Shown here in pieces: positions 29,556 to 39,134 of a stretch of DNA of 64,000 bases; within the stretch, counting starts at the first letter, position 1; the number at the start of each line of letters is the position of its first letter. A program made the position numbers and the translations under genes. Origin of the DNA: a virus. The notes beneath the pieces were generated by a model. It ran no database searches. It saw only the letters and a list, made by a program, of their open reading frames with translations, and had not been told where the DNA came from. Location: positions 90,114 through 154,113 of IMG/VR virus record IMGVR_UViG_3300030329_005426, one strand, 5' to 3'.

Positions 29556-29736
29556 CCTTTCTAAATCCGTCTTCTTCCACTTTACGTTGGATGTCTTCTT
29601 TTTTTAATGATGCTGCTATAAAACTAGCTGCTGCAAGCATAGGGATTGTATATACCATCTTCTCTGTAAAATATGCGACAAGATAAGTAGGAAATAATAC
29701 AACCACTGCTTGCAGCAGCGCGATTTTCATTAGCAA
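29536..29736 (-). CDS. small 2-TM membrane protein
   Basis: two hydrophobic segments. Confidence 0.6.
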   Translation of the reverse strand: MLMKIALLQAVVVLFPTYLVAYFTEKMVYTIPMLAAASFIAASLKKEDIQRKVEEDGFRKDGKDDG

Positions 29737-29821
29737 ATAAATCCCATTGTCTGTTTATCAATATACATGATTAGATAACTATATGTTATATAGTTCCATG
29801 CTGATACAATTGATTCAATCA

Positions 29822-30382
29822 TTATCCACCGCCTTGTAGTTTTGATAAAGGATTCTTTAATGCTTTATTTATCTTGTCGTTCGTATCCTTTTCAAGAGCC
29901 TTCATCTTATTAGTCAACGTATCATCTAGATTATCCATCCGTGTTTGAATACGCTCTCTAATCTTATCGTTACGATCATTCTCCTTGTCAATCATCTTAC
30001 GAGTTGAATCTTGTATACCTTTCACTCTTCGTTCTATACTCTCAACTAGCCTTTCTGTACGAACAATCTCACCCTTGAGATCGTTCTTAATTACTCTGGC
30101 CTCATCTCTAGTCTGTATAGCAGAATCTTCGATCACCTTTTCAATCTTCTGCAATGCATTCATATCTGCGCGTAATACAGATAGTTTCTTATCAAAGCCC
30201 GACAGGTCGGGGGCCGTGTAAGATTCAATTTTTGCGCGCATGTTCATATAGTCTTTGTAGAATTCGAATCCTGCAAATAGACCTCCTCCCAGTGTCGTCA
30301 ATGCTGTAACCACTATGAATATCTTCCCACCTCGAAATTTGACACCGGCAAACTCTACTTCTGTTTTGCCGTCATCAGCCAT
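29822..30382 (-). CDS. TM-anchored coiled-coil protein
   Basis: EF.GVKFRGGK + TM, long coiled coil, ends ALKNPL. Confidence 0.75.
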   Translation of the reverse strand: MADDGKTEVEFAGVKFRGGKIFIVVTALTTLGGGLFAGFEFYKDYMNMRAKIESYTAPDLSGFDKKLSVLRADMNALQKIEKVIEDSAIQTRDEARVIKNDLKGEIVRTERLVESIERRVKGIQDSTRKMIDKENDRNDKIRERIQTRMDNLDDTLTNKMKALEKDTNDKINKALKNPLSKLQGGG

Positions 30383-30672
30383 TACTTTCCTCCTCTAATC
30401 ATCCCCTTAGCTCGTTCCTCGAGTACAGGCAGTAATCTAATACCACAATACCCTATTATAAATGCTATAGCCGGACCCCAAACTATATCTAATGCAAAAT
30501 GCTTCATGATGGGTGGAATAAAAAATTCCGCGGCTATCCATCCAACAAGAACTGCTAAAAGCAGATCTACCCATTTAATAGTTTTATTAACTGCCCAGTT
30601 ACACATTCCACCTACACCCGACGCCATAATGCAGCATGTTTTAGCTCCTATTGCTAAAATTAATGCTTCCAT
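30382..30672 (-). CDS. putative holin (3 TM)
   Basis: three hydrophobic helices, AFIIGYCG, charged C-terminus. Confidence 0.55.
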   Translation of the reverse strand: MEALILAIGAKTCCIMASGVGGMCNWAVNKTIKWVDLLLAVLVGWIAAEFFIPPIMKHFALDIVWGPAIAFIIGYCGIRLLPVLEERAKGMIRGGK

Positions 30673-30693
30673 TGGATTAACCCTTTTCCTTTC

Positions 30694-32517
30694 TTATTTG
30701 TACTGCATTCCCGTTAATGCATTATGTCCCACATTAGCATCATTAAACATAAAGCTTCCTAGTTCATTATCGCTTATCTTCCCACCGGGAATTTGAGTTG
30801 GTGTATAAAATTGTGTTGCGTCTGGTAACGCAATTTGGTTGTCAAAAAATGTTCTGGTATTTCCTAATACCTGCATAACAACTAATGTCTTTGCCTGGTT
30901 GGCGTTTGAATATTTTCCTTTATCCCCCATTTTTTTAACAATCTTTTTAGCTGCTTTCTCCTTTGCAGCTTGTTTTTTCTGTGCCTTAGTTTTTGCTTTA
31001 GGTTTAGCAGCGGTTTTCTTCTCAACCTTTTGCTCCTTTGCCTGTTCCTTTTTTACTGCAGCTTTTGGCTTATCGCTAGTTTTTTCTTCTTTTGCTTTAG
31101 ACTCCTTAGGCTCAGCTTTTGGTTCCTCAGTCTGTTCTTCAGTAGCTTCTGGCTCAGGTTCTTTTGGTTCAGCTTTTGCTACCTCTGTTTTCGCCGGCGC
31201 CGGTTCTGATGAATCTTCACTAGCATTTTTTGTGCTAGGCTGCTCTCCGTCTCCTGCTTCAGGCTCTGAAACTGAGCTTTCCTGAGAGCTTGGTCCACTC
31301 GCCGTTTCTTGCGATCCGTTAGGATCCGGTGCCAGATCCACTTGTTCTGGTCCTGCATTTTGCATCTCCGCTTGAATTTCCGTCTCTACAGAAGCTTCTG
31401 CTGTCTGCATTTCAGGTGGTGGTGGAGGTGCAACTGGCTGTACAACAGGTGCTGCAATTTCAGGGGCTTGCATTTCTGTTTGAATTTCAAGTTCTACTGA
31501 TGCCATTGATGGGCCATCATCAGGTCCATTATTTGTAGGTCCTATTGGTGTTATTGAAATTTCACCCTCTGGACCTGCGGTAATATCATTGTTTTCAAAA
31601 ACATCGCTAGCAACGTCTATTATATCTGGGTCAGCAACACCTACTGTTGCAATAAATGTTTCAATACTTGTTATTTGTTGTGTTACGATTGTATTTACAA
31701 CATTATATAAAACATTAACTGTCACATCATCAAATAACGGCCCGATAGCTAAATTAATATCGCGACCGCCTACTTCTACTATCAATGATGTCAATCCCCC
31801 AGCGAAGTCGAATCCACCTGAGAAATTTTGAAAGCCAGTTGTTACTCCAGATTCGGATAAGATGTCTGTACCATTAAACCGCGTCGTGGTACCATCTAAT
31901 CCTCTTATGTGCATATAAATTCTATCTTGTGCGTCTTGTTTATCTACTTTAATTGTATATGTAGTACGGCCACCGCGGTTACCTATTCCTAAACTTGATA
32001 CATTAATTGTTTGTATAAATGTAGTACCCATACCTGGAACACCAGATGCACTAGTACTATTCCCTGATCCTGTTATTTGCGCGCATCTATCTACACCGAG
32101 ATCATTACAGGTAGATCCTGTTGGCATTGAAGCTGGTCCTTGACCACCCCAATCAGATGACATGTCACCGCCAAATCTTTGATTGCGGCCCATTGCTTTA
32201 ACTTTTTCATCAGTTAGCAAGTTGCCAGTATCTACATTTGTTATGGTTGATGATGTTGTTACGTTTGTTGTTGTCTCGGTCGTTGTTGTACCAGCCCCAT
32301 CTGTAACTGATTCTGTTGTTGTCGTACTAACTACGTCTTCATGGGTACCTGGTGTACAAAGGCCGACGACACCTGTTGGGCAAGCGGTAGTTGCACCACT
32401 TGCTTCTTGGCTATGGGAGGAAGATGGGCACACCAAACAAAGCAGCAGCACCAGCAGCAACGAGACCCAAACCGTTGACCCAAGTGTAACCTTTTGGCGA
32501 CTCTTCTGTATCTTCAT
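30694..32517 (-). CDS. exported protein with beta-sandwich domain and TolA-like P/E/K/A linker
   Basis: signal peptide MKIQKSRQK...SHS; Thr-rich; GPLFDDV; long low-complexity region. Confidence 0.75.
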   Translation of the reverse strand: MKIQKSRQKVTLGSTVWVSLLLVLLLCLVCPSSSHSQEASGATTACPTGVVGLCTPGTHEDVVSTTTTESVTDGAGTTTTETTTNVTTSSTITNVDTGNLLTDEKVKAMGRNQRFGGDMSSDWGGQGPASMPTGSTCNDLGVDRCAQITGSGNSTSASGVPGMGTTFIQTINVSSLGIGNRGGRTTYTIKVDKQDAQDRIYMHIRGLDGTTTRFNGTDILSESGVTTGFQNFSGGFDFAGGLTSLIVEVGGRDINLAIGPLFDDVTVNVLYNVVNTIVTQQITSIETFIATVGVADPDIIDVASDVFENNDITAGPEGEISITPIGPTNNGPDDGPSMASVELEIQTEMQAPEIAAPVVQPVAPPPPPEMQTAEASVETEIQAEMQNAGPEQVDLAPDPNGSQETASGPSSQESSVSEPEAGDGEQPSTKNASEDSSEPAPAKTEVAKAEPKEPEPEATEEQTEEPKAEPKESKAKEEKTSDKPKAAVKKEQAKEQKVEKKTAAKPKAKTKAQKKQAAKEKAAKKIVKKMGDKGKYSNANQAKTLVVMQVLGNTRTFFDNQIALPDATQFYTPTQIPGGKISDNELGSFMFNDANVGHNALTGMQYK

Positions 32518-32550
32518 CGTTGTCGTAGTTTTCGGGACCATCGTCATAAC

Positions 32551-33048
32551 TTAATTCTGGTCCTCCGTCTCTGTCTCCTCCGAATCCGTCACTTTTTTTT
32601 TAATTAGTCGCGAACCGGATGGTGCAAGATCTGGATTATCATCCCAACCTTTTTGTGCTTCTTTTCCTATAGCACCTTTAAATGGACAAGGTGTTCCTGC
32701 CATCATCATAGCGTCGAAAACGCGAGCATCTTGACAAAGTGCAGCCACTGCTGCAACCTTCATGCCCATGCCGTAGAGACCACGTGCAAGTTTTAATCGT
32801 TCACAATTTTCATCGGTAACTGTAATACCTGATGCAAACCCTAATATTTGAGTTTGTATAGCCGCTGAGGCGGCGCTTTTACATACATCATTGTTATTAA
32901 TAACTACACTTGGCGCCGAGGCTGTTGGGGGTGCTTTATCTGTTACAACGGTATTTGAACTTATAGTATTCGTATCAGCTGCAAATGCTTTCAAACTATA
33001 TCCCATCACAAAGGCAATAACAGCTAGCCCTGTGATAATTCTTTTCAT
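32551..33048 (-). CDS. exported Cys-containing protein; possible frameshifted 212-aa TM-anchored form ending at 32411
   Basis: signal peptide; PPTASAP, DENCERLKL, LCQD, AGTPCP; A9 run at 32593-32601. Confidence 0.8.
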   Translation of the reverse strand: MKRIITGLAVIAFVMGYSLKAFAADTNTISSNTVVTDKAPPTASAPSVVINNNDVCKSAASAAIQTQILGFASGITVTDENCERLKLARGLYGMGMKVAAVAALCQDARVFDAMMMAGTPCPFKGAIGKEAQKGWDDNPDLAPSGSRLIKKKVTDSEETETEDQN

Positions 33049-33061
33049 ACCTTTAACTCTC

Positions 33062-33478
33062 CTATCTTCCCCTAATTTCTGTTCCTCTTTCCAGTGAATG
33101 CTTGTAAGGAATATATCCTATATCAGGATCATGTGATTCGTTGTTTCTACGTCTATTTATGCAAATCGGCTTATCGTTGTCATCAAACGACCAAGTAATG
33201 CAGGTTTTGTCTGCCAACATTTGGTCCGCTAATTGTTCTATGGGATCCTTACAAATTTTTTCACCGTCAATAAATCTCCATATTTTACATTCTTTTCCTG
33301 TTGCAGAATCGAGCAGATGGTCACCTATACCCTTACCTGTTTTACTATAACTGATTCCATCGCCAACACTCATAGCCTGTCCAATATATGCAAAAGGAGC
33401 AGGAATAGCGGAACAAGATGCAAGTAGAAATAGAGCAGGAAGGAATATTAATTTATTTTTTAGCGTTACTTTTGCCAT
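33062..33478 (-). CDS. lipoprotein
   Basis: lipobox LASC; TGK..GDH.L...TGKEC. Confidence 0.7.
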   Translation of the reverse strand: MAKVTLKNKLIFLPALFLLASCSAIPAPFAYIGQAMSVGDGISYSKTGKGIGDHLLDSATGKECKIWRFIDGEKICKDPIEQLADQMLADKTCITWSFDDNDKPICINRRRNNESHDPDIGYIPYKHSLERGTEIRGR

Positions 33479-34695
33479 CCTTTTATAATCTCGGGTGAAA
33501 AGTTTGCGCGACTAAATTCTAACCGGTCGACCAACTTAACAGCGCCGCTACTATCTATAGCGACGTACCCTTCCCTATTTGTTGTTTTGAAACCATTACT
33601 GGTTCTAAGAAAAGTTCCTAAGCCTTCTGCTTTATTTAACTTATCTACTACCATTTGTTTTGCATCAACAATTTGATTCATCAGTGTAAAAATATTAACT
33701 AAGTCATCAGTTTTGCTGAATATCTTAGCCATAATATTATCACGTTTTTGAGACCAATCATCTTTCGCTTTCTGCGTTTTCTTTTTATCAATCTCCTTTT
33801 GATACCAGTCTTGAATGTATTTATATAACCCAGTTGTGTGAGATTTGGGGTTGGGAAAAGGTTCCCCAGATCTTACATATGTATTATTATAAGTTTTTAT
33901 CTTTTGTTTTAATTCTTCGTCTGCAGCAATTGTTCTTAATACATCGCCATCTATGCGTCGAAATGTAGATCCTGCTTGTGATAGAATAGATGTAATTGCG
34001 GTAGTCTCATCTGCTGTAAATGTTGCCGAACCAGAGACGTCTTTGTATGTTGCGTCGTCCATCCATACATTTCTGTTCTTGCGAAATTTCGATACTATAT
34101 CTTTTCCGAATGATGCTTTCATATCTTTAATAGAGCGGCCACTATATGTGGTATGCCATACAACACCAATCTGTGCTCGGTTTATAAATTTACCTAAATC
34201 ACTCGATGCATCAACTGCATATAAGATTGTATTGGGATGAAATGTATAATAGCTCTTACCGTCTATCTGTTCTGATTTAACATCACCTTTAGTAAACATC
34301 AAATCACCTTGGTATACTCCACGTCGAATACCAAGTTTAGAGAATTGTTTATATGCTATCTCAAATTTTTTCTTTAATTCGGGCTGTAATTTATTATCAT
34401 TTTTAATATCATCTACAGACTTATACATGATAGGATTGATGTTAAAAAGGCCTTTCTTTGCCACAAAAAATTTCTTATCGGCAGGATCAACGCCAGCGAA
34501 GATAGCCGGAGCACCATCCCACTTAACTGTCATATTAATTGCCTTCTGTGATTTACCAGCTAGCATATCACGAAGATCACGTAGAAAATTAATTGCCTGG
34601 CGTGTGCCGTTTACCCCATCATTGAAGATCAAATCTTCGATATGCTCCATGTGGGTATTTTGTTCTTCGACAAGATGTTGTTTTAACGTTAACAT
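33466..34695 (-). CDS. DUF6267-like protein with covalent nucleotidyltransferase (ligase) motifs
   Basis: KWDG, QGDL, EGYV, VKLV. Confidence 0.75.
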   Translation of the reverse strand: MLTLKQHLVEEQNTHMEHIEDLIFNDGVNGTRQAINFLRDLRDMLAGKSQKAINMTVKWDGAPAIFAGVDPADKKFFVAKKGLFNINPIMYKSVDDIKNDNKLQPELKKKFEIAYKQFSKLGIRRGVYQGDLMFTKGDVKSEQIDGKSYYTFHPNTILYAVDASSDLGKFINRAQIGVVWHTTYSGRSIKDMKASFGKDIVSKFRKNRNVWMDDATYKDVSGSATFTADETTAITSILSQAGSTFRRIDGDVLRTIAADEELKQKIKTYNNTYVRSGEPFPNPKSHTTGLYKYIQDWYQKEIDKKKTQKAKDDWSQKRDNIMAKIFSKTDDLVNIFTLMNQIVDAKQMVVDKLNKAEGLGTFLRTSNGFKTTNREGYVAIDSSGAVKLVDRLEFSRANFSPEIIKGWQK

Positions 34696-35468
34696 TATAA
34701 TTCCCTAAAACAAGAAACATCGGCCCGGTCTTTTTGAATCGATACACTTTGTGATCCTAAAATAGGTGCAATGTTATATGGTGATTTTTGTTGAATAGAA
34801 AACGTCATCTCAAAAGTAAATTGATAAGTACCACCACCTTTTGACTGGACTCTAGCTCGCCACTTGGCAGATGCTTTTTGATTAAACCGAGGCACAGCAG
34901 GTAATTGATAAGGATTATGATGCCCTAACAAATAAAAACCATGCGTACCTACATTGACATAATAAGTGGCTTTTTTATTATAATAGCTCTCTATCTTCGA
35001 AGAGTCAATTTCCCCATTCTGTTCGGGAAACATTCCATGATCACGAGTATATCGTTCTCTACCTTGTAATTTTCCAGCAGTTGCCTTCCAGAGGGCATCT
35101 TGATCTTTTCTATCAATTTTATAGGGCCTTTTATTTTTCGCATCCCATTTTTTGTTTACTATTTTCCAAAGGCCGACTTCATCTGCTAGCTCTTTAATAA
35201 ACAATTTTTCTTTTTCATCAGCTGGAATAGGATTAAAGCCCCACTCTTGTTTTTGTACATTATATTTCATAACAAGAGAACCGGCCGATGCGGCGGTTAT
35301 TTTTAACTCACAGCCTGCCTCTTGGCCTTTATATAATAACATAAGGTCAGGTTGATCATGTCCTGCGCCTGCTGGTACAAAGTTCTTCGGACACAATCCT
35401 ATATCTTTAAGATACGCCGCGGCGTTCTTTTCATATAAGAAACCTTTTTGAGCTGATGCAGAAGCCAT
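34695..35468 (-). CDS. PD-(D/E)XK endonuclease-like protein
   Basis: YE...QPDL...CELK. Confidence 0.6.
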   Translation of the reverse strand: MASASAQKGFLYEKNAAAYLKDIGLCPKNFVPAGAGHDQPDLMLLYKGQEAGCELKITAASAGSLVMKYNVQKQEWGFNPIPADEKEKLFIKELADEVGLWKIVNKKWDAKNKRPYKIDRKDQDALWKATAGKLQGRERYTRDHGMFPEQNGEIDSSKIESYYNKKATYYVNVGTHGFYLLGHHNPYQLPAVPRFNQKASAKWRARVQSKGGGTYQFTFEMTFSIQQKSPYNIAPILGSQSVSIQKDRADVSCFREL

Positions 35469-35623
35469 CAGAGCCTATCCTTTAACGGTGGCTGATAGCA
35501 TTTTAGATCTGTAAGCTTTTCCATAGCCGCTTTTTTACTATCATATAATCCAACAATGCCATCTTTTCCTTCGATGACCCATTTATTTTCACTTGCTAGC
35601 GGCCGTAGAGTATACGTATCCAT
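35468..35623 (-). CDS. hypothetical 51-aa protein (not in ORF track)
   Basis: AGGAG SD, MDTYTLRP..., TGATG overlap. Confidence 0.65.
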   Translation of the reverse strand: MDTYTLRPLASENKWVIEGKDGIVGLYDSKKAAMEKLTDLKCYQPPLKDRL

Positions 35624-35645
35624 TAGAGTCTCCTAGTATTTCTAC

Positions 35646-35653
35646 TATTTATG
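35646..35653 (-). promoter_or_regulatory. T4-type late promoter variant
   Basis: CATAAATA in intergenic gap. Confidence 0.6.
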
Positions 35654-35657
35654 ACTC

Positions 35658-35822
35658 TTATGCCGCATCCTCATTCATCTGCTTCTTTAATTCTGCTATA
35701 CGAGAACTAAGGTAATTGCCTACAATGCCTTTAACGACTGTATCTGTTTCATTAATTTCTATATGGACTTGCTCACGCTCGAAAGCAGATAGCCGTATGT
35801 AACCATCACCTGATAATGCCAT
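35658..35822 (-). CDS. hypothetical protein
   Basis: start MALSGDG. Confidence 0.6.
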   Translation of the reverse strand: MALSGDGYIRLSAFEREQVHIEINETDTVVKGIVGNYLSSRIAELKKQMNEDAA

Positions 35823-36042
35823 GAGTGCTCTCCCAGAAGTCTTTACATACACGTTCGTATTTATCAACAGTCATCGTTGACCAAATGACATGTTTGTCAT
35901 CATCGTCTAACGCCGTAACTTCAATATTATCAAAGTACCATTCACGGATGCGCATGAATATCACCTGCTCAAACGGAGTCAATTCGAATTGGCCTTTATG
36001 ATATTCAGCCATATATTCGGCTGGATTAATTAAATCAGTCAA
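35806..36042 (-). CDS. hypothetical protein
   Basis: AGGAG SD, TTG start. Confidence 0.65.
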   Translation of the reverse strand: MTDLINPAEYMAEYHKGQFELTPFEQVIFMRIREWYFDNIEVTALDDDDKHVIWSTMTVDKYERVCKDFWESTHGIIR

Positions 36043-36058
36043 TTAAAACTCCTTTCTC

Positions 36059-36241
36059 TTATACGAATTTTGGACCTAGACTAAAAGATTGATCCGGTAC
36101 CTCTATAAGATTCCCATTTTTATCATATGTGATATGAGGAGTCTCTACTATAGAGATAGTCCTTTCCCACTTCTTTTCGGTGCTAATTCTATTTTCATAA
36201 TACACCGAAACGGGATTTATAGGCGGTACCGGTTCAATCAT
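36059..36241 (-). CDS. small protein, paralogue of 57308..57541
   Basis: PVPPINPVS...ITYD. Confidence 0.65.
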   Translation of the reverse strand: MIEPVPPINPVSVYYENRISTEKKWERTISIVETPHITYDKNGNLIEVPDQSFSLGPKFV

Positions 36242-36763
36242 TTAAAACTCCTTTCCTTCTCCAACGTCAACAACTTTGAGACCTGGAATGGTCCTCCACA
36301 TTCTTAGCACAGAAGGTCTGTCATCAAATGTTAGTTCGGGTTTATACCCATCTTCGAGCATTCGCTCATACAACTCTTTTTTGACAACAGTATCTTCTCT
36401 GCGGTCTTTTTCGGCTCTCATATACAACGGATGCCAGGGAACCTTTCCGGGATCATCTTCGTACATTTCACCAAAATCAGCTGGGTTAAAAATCTTATCC
36501 CAGCCTTCGAGTAAGAACCATCTTGATAACGATCTTACTGTATCAAGACGCTCTTCTTCAGAACGGCCAGATGCAAAAATCAATCTATTGCCATCAACCC
36601 TATTTAGGGCAGTGGCAATATTAATGATCGGCATGATAGGCTCATCCCATCGCTTCTGTTTCGGATCACGAAAAGAAGCCCAGTCTTTAGGCTTCTTTTT
36701 TATGAAATGTAATCGATGGGTAATATCTAGTAACGTCCCATCGATATCAAAAATTATGTCCAT
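36242..36763 (-). CDS. HAD phosphatase (T4 PseT 3'-phosphatase domain-like)
   Basis: FDIDGTL, SGR, LYMR...D.R.D..VK, FDDR. Confidence 0.85.
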   Translation of the reverse strand: MDIIFDIDGTLLDITHRLHFIKKKPKDWASFRDPKQKRWDEPIMPIINIATALNRVDGNRLIFASGRSEEERLDTVRSLSRWFLLEGWDKIFNPADFGEMYEDDPGKVPWHPLYMRAEKDRREDTVVKKELYERMLEDGYKPELTFDDRPSVLRMWRTIPGLKVVDVGEGKEF

Positions 36764-37080
36764 TAGATCGTTTGCCTTCTGATCTCTTCGACAACATCGC
36801 TGATCATCCAAACAGCTTCTAGACTCTTACCACCGATATGCCATACGTCACTGTCGGCGCTGCCTTTCCAATCGTATATAGATGCTGTTAGAAAATCGTT
36901 ATCGTCATCGACCCCCATGTTAACTTCTAAATCAAGGGCCCATTCCCAACGCGTCTTATCATCGCGACCATTTTCAGGCTCACCGAAGATAAGCTCTAGC
37001 TCATCTCGCGTTGCTTTAATTTCACCCTGATAAGAAGTGCCGGTTACATTAGCTCCGGTTTCAAAATTAATCAATTCCAT
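36763..37080 (-). CDS. conserved hypothetical protein
   Basis: GTSYQG, FGEP, IYDWK, WHIGG. Confidence 0.75.
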   Translation of the reverse strand: MELINFETGANVTGTSYQGEIKATRDELELIFGEPENGRDDKTRWEWALDLEVNMGVDDDNDFLTASIYDWKGSADSDVWHIGGKSLEAVWMISDVVEEIRRQTI

Positions 37081-37757
37081 TATTTGGCCTCCTTCTTTTC
37101 AAGTTTAGCAATCACCTCAGGAAACTTTTTCTTGAGGGTTTTCATTGAGAGAACATTGGCGAGAACCTTCTGGCTGATTTTCTTAGCCTTATATGCATCA
37201 ACCACGGCCTTCTCCATGATCTTAAAAGATCCATCGAACGCTTCCTTTTCCCAAGGCAGGTTACGATACGATGCATAGGTCGTACCACGCGAAGCTTCCA
37301 GACTACCCATCCACAGCTGACCAACTTCGCCAGTCGCTTCACATTTGCCAAAATCAAGGCGCTTCGTTGCATACTGCTCGCGATGGATCATCTCATGGCA
37401 CAGCGTGTCCAAAACACTCTGCAATTTACGCGCAGGATCAATAACTGCCGTAGACCACGCATCGCTGTATGCGCCATTGTTAGACCTAGCAGGCGTCTTA
37501 GCCAACCGAATGCAGAGCTGATCTGTATCCGCGCTATGCAGAGTCATTTGCTTTGCGATGTAAGGAAAAATTTTGATGATAACGTCCATGTACTGACGGG
37601 TACGCTCACGACGCAATACAGGCGCATCACCTTCTTCGTGGCCGATACCAGGAACCATGCTATTGTCCTGGTTCCATGCCTGCTTCGAAGCAGTGAATCG
37701 AACCTTCTTCGTGATCTTGATCTGACGATCGGATTTGCCGGGATATGCGTTGGTCAT
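37080..37757 (-). CDS. zincin-like HExxH protein
   Basis: HEMIH...Y..LPWE.EA. Confidence 0.7.
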   Translation of the reverse strand: MTNAYPGKSDRQIKITKKVRFTASKQAWNQDNSMVPGIGHEEGDAPVLRRERTRQYMDVIIKIFPYIAKQMTLHSADTDQLCIRLAKTPARSNNGAYSDAWSTAVIDPARKLQSVLDTLCHEMIHREQYATKRLDFGKCEATGEVGQLWMGSLEASRGTTYASYRNLPWEKEAFDGSFKIMEKAVVDAYKAKKISQKVLANVLSMKTLKKKFPEVIAKLEKKEAK

Positions 37758-37790
37758 GTTGTATTTCCTTCTCTCTCAATCTATAATATA

Positions 37791-37871
37791 ATTATAGCTC
37801 AATACGGAAATTAGGTCAACCCGGTATTTTCAGAAAAACACATTTTCTTTTTGTTGTATATCAATGGGTTA
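37791..37871 (-). promoter_or_regulatory. early promoter element copy 2
   Basis: TTGACC-N17-TATAAT; TATCAATGGGTTA at 37859-37871. Confidence 0.8.
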
Positions 37872-38552
37872 GCGCTTGCGTTCTTCTAACACCACTTTAT
37901 ATTTGAGATTTTTCATCCATTTTTTCATAATATGCGGATTTCGGGTGCTGATCGGCAGGCCGAGAGCCGGTCTGGTGTCGAATTTGAGCTCTTCGCCCCA
38001 TATGCTCGATTTACGGACCCAATGCAGATGCCATTGATAGAACCAGTCCCCTGTAAATTTATCACGCCAGTGCTTATTCTCGGTTCCAGCGTAAAATGCG
38101 ATATCGCCTGGATTCTGGGTAATCTCATATCGATCAACGGGCGATTCGATATATATGGGCCATGGGTTATTAGATCCGGTGGATCCTATATGCATGGTCG
38201 CTGATATCTCACATGTAACGCGATCCGTATGCACGGGTAGACCCTGTCCTTTTTTATAATATCTCATATACGAATATGTCGGGTATAATTCCTCCCCAAT
38301 GAACGATTCAGCATGTTGTGTTACCTGGCCAAGAAATGCTTCGGTGAGATTATCGCCATAATTAACCAGCGCATCAGGAATAAAATCCAGCTCACCCTGA
38401 ACTTCATCGATTTCTTGGTTATTGATCTGATTGATCATGTAGTCCATGAATATGGCTGCTACGGGCGGTGGTAGAAATTCTTTGATCTCTAGAACGCCAC
38501 CAGCATCATCATACTGCTTTTTATAATTAATTTCGTTGACTTCAACGCTCAA
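37869..38552 (-). CDS. 2OG-Fe(II) oxygenase
   Basis: LYPTYSY.R.Y, HTDR..CEIS, HWR. Confidence 0.8.
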   Translation of the reverse strand: MSVEVNEINYKKQYDDAGGVLEIKEFLPPPVAAIFMDYMINQINNQEIDEVQGELDFIPDALVNYGDNLTEAFLGQVTQHAESFIGEELYPTYSYMRYYKKGQGLPVHTDRVTCEISATMHIGSTGSNNPWPIYIESPVDRYEITQNPGDIAFYAGTENKHWRDKFTGDWFYQWHLHWVRKSSIWGEELKFDTRPALGLPISTRNPHIMKKWMKNLKYKVVLEERKR

Positions 38553-38686
38553 TGCATCCTCCCAAATTTACGCGACAGGGCATTGATCACTGTCTGCCAA
38601 TAATTTTTAGCCCAATCCGTTTGAGCAGCAGATAAAGCAGTATATGCATTATCCATCAAATGAACGATTCGATCACTTTCCATCAT
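38549..38686 (-). CDS. hypothetical protein
   Basis: WAKNYW motif. Confidence 0.6.
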   Translation of the reverse strand: MMESDRIVHLMDNAYTALSAAQTDWAKNYWQTVINALSRKFGRMH

Positions 38687-39134
38687 ATCCTGACTCCTCA
38701 CAGAACCTAACGTACAATCCTCTTTCTCGGCCATGTGCTTCGATCTCCCACGGATAATCCCAATATTCCGTTTTCGCTGTATCAATCACATTCCCAAGCC
38801 ATTTACATGCTTCGTTCTGGTTCCAGACTTCTTTCATCTCACCAGTCGCCCATTGCTTGACATGAACCATCTCATGTGCTAGAGCTGTTAACATGTATTC
38901 AAAATCATCAGACTTATCGAGCTGAATTTCAAACTCCCGTGGTCTGATATAATCATCAGACCAAATACAGTTACCACCTTCACTGGTTTTATCTGATAGC
39001 CCATCTATAAATTCAATTTTAACCATCAGATTTTTAAGTAGGCGCTTACTCATAAGCTTATGAGCATAAAAATCTGCAGCATGTCGAAACGTACTCATTT
39101 TTCTTTTTGGAACGTTACGAAATATCGTCTTCAT
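38673..39134 (-). CDS. zincin-like HExxH protein
   Basis: LAHEMVHVKQ...PWEIEA. Confidence 0.8.
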   Translation of the reverse strand: MKTIFRNVPKRKMSTFRHAADFYAHKLMSKRLLKNLMVKIEFIDGLSDKTSEGGNCIWSDDYIRPREFEIQLDKSDDFEYMLTALAHEMVHVKQWATGEMKEVWNQNEACKWLGNVIDTAKTEYWDYPWEIEAHGRERGLYVRFCEESGYDGK

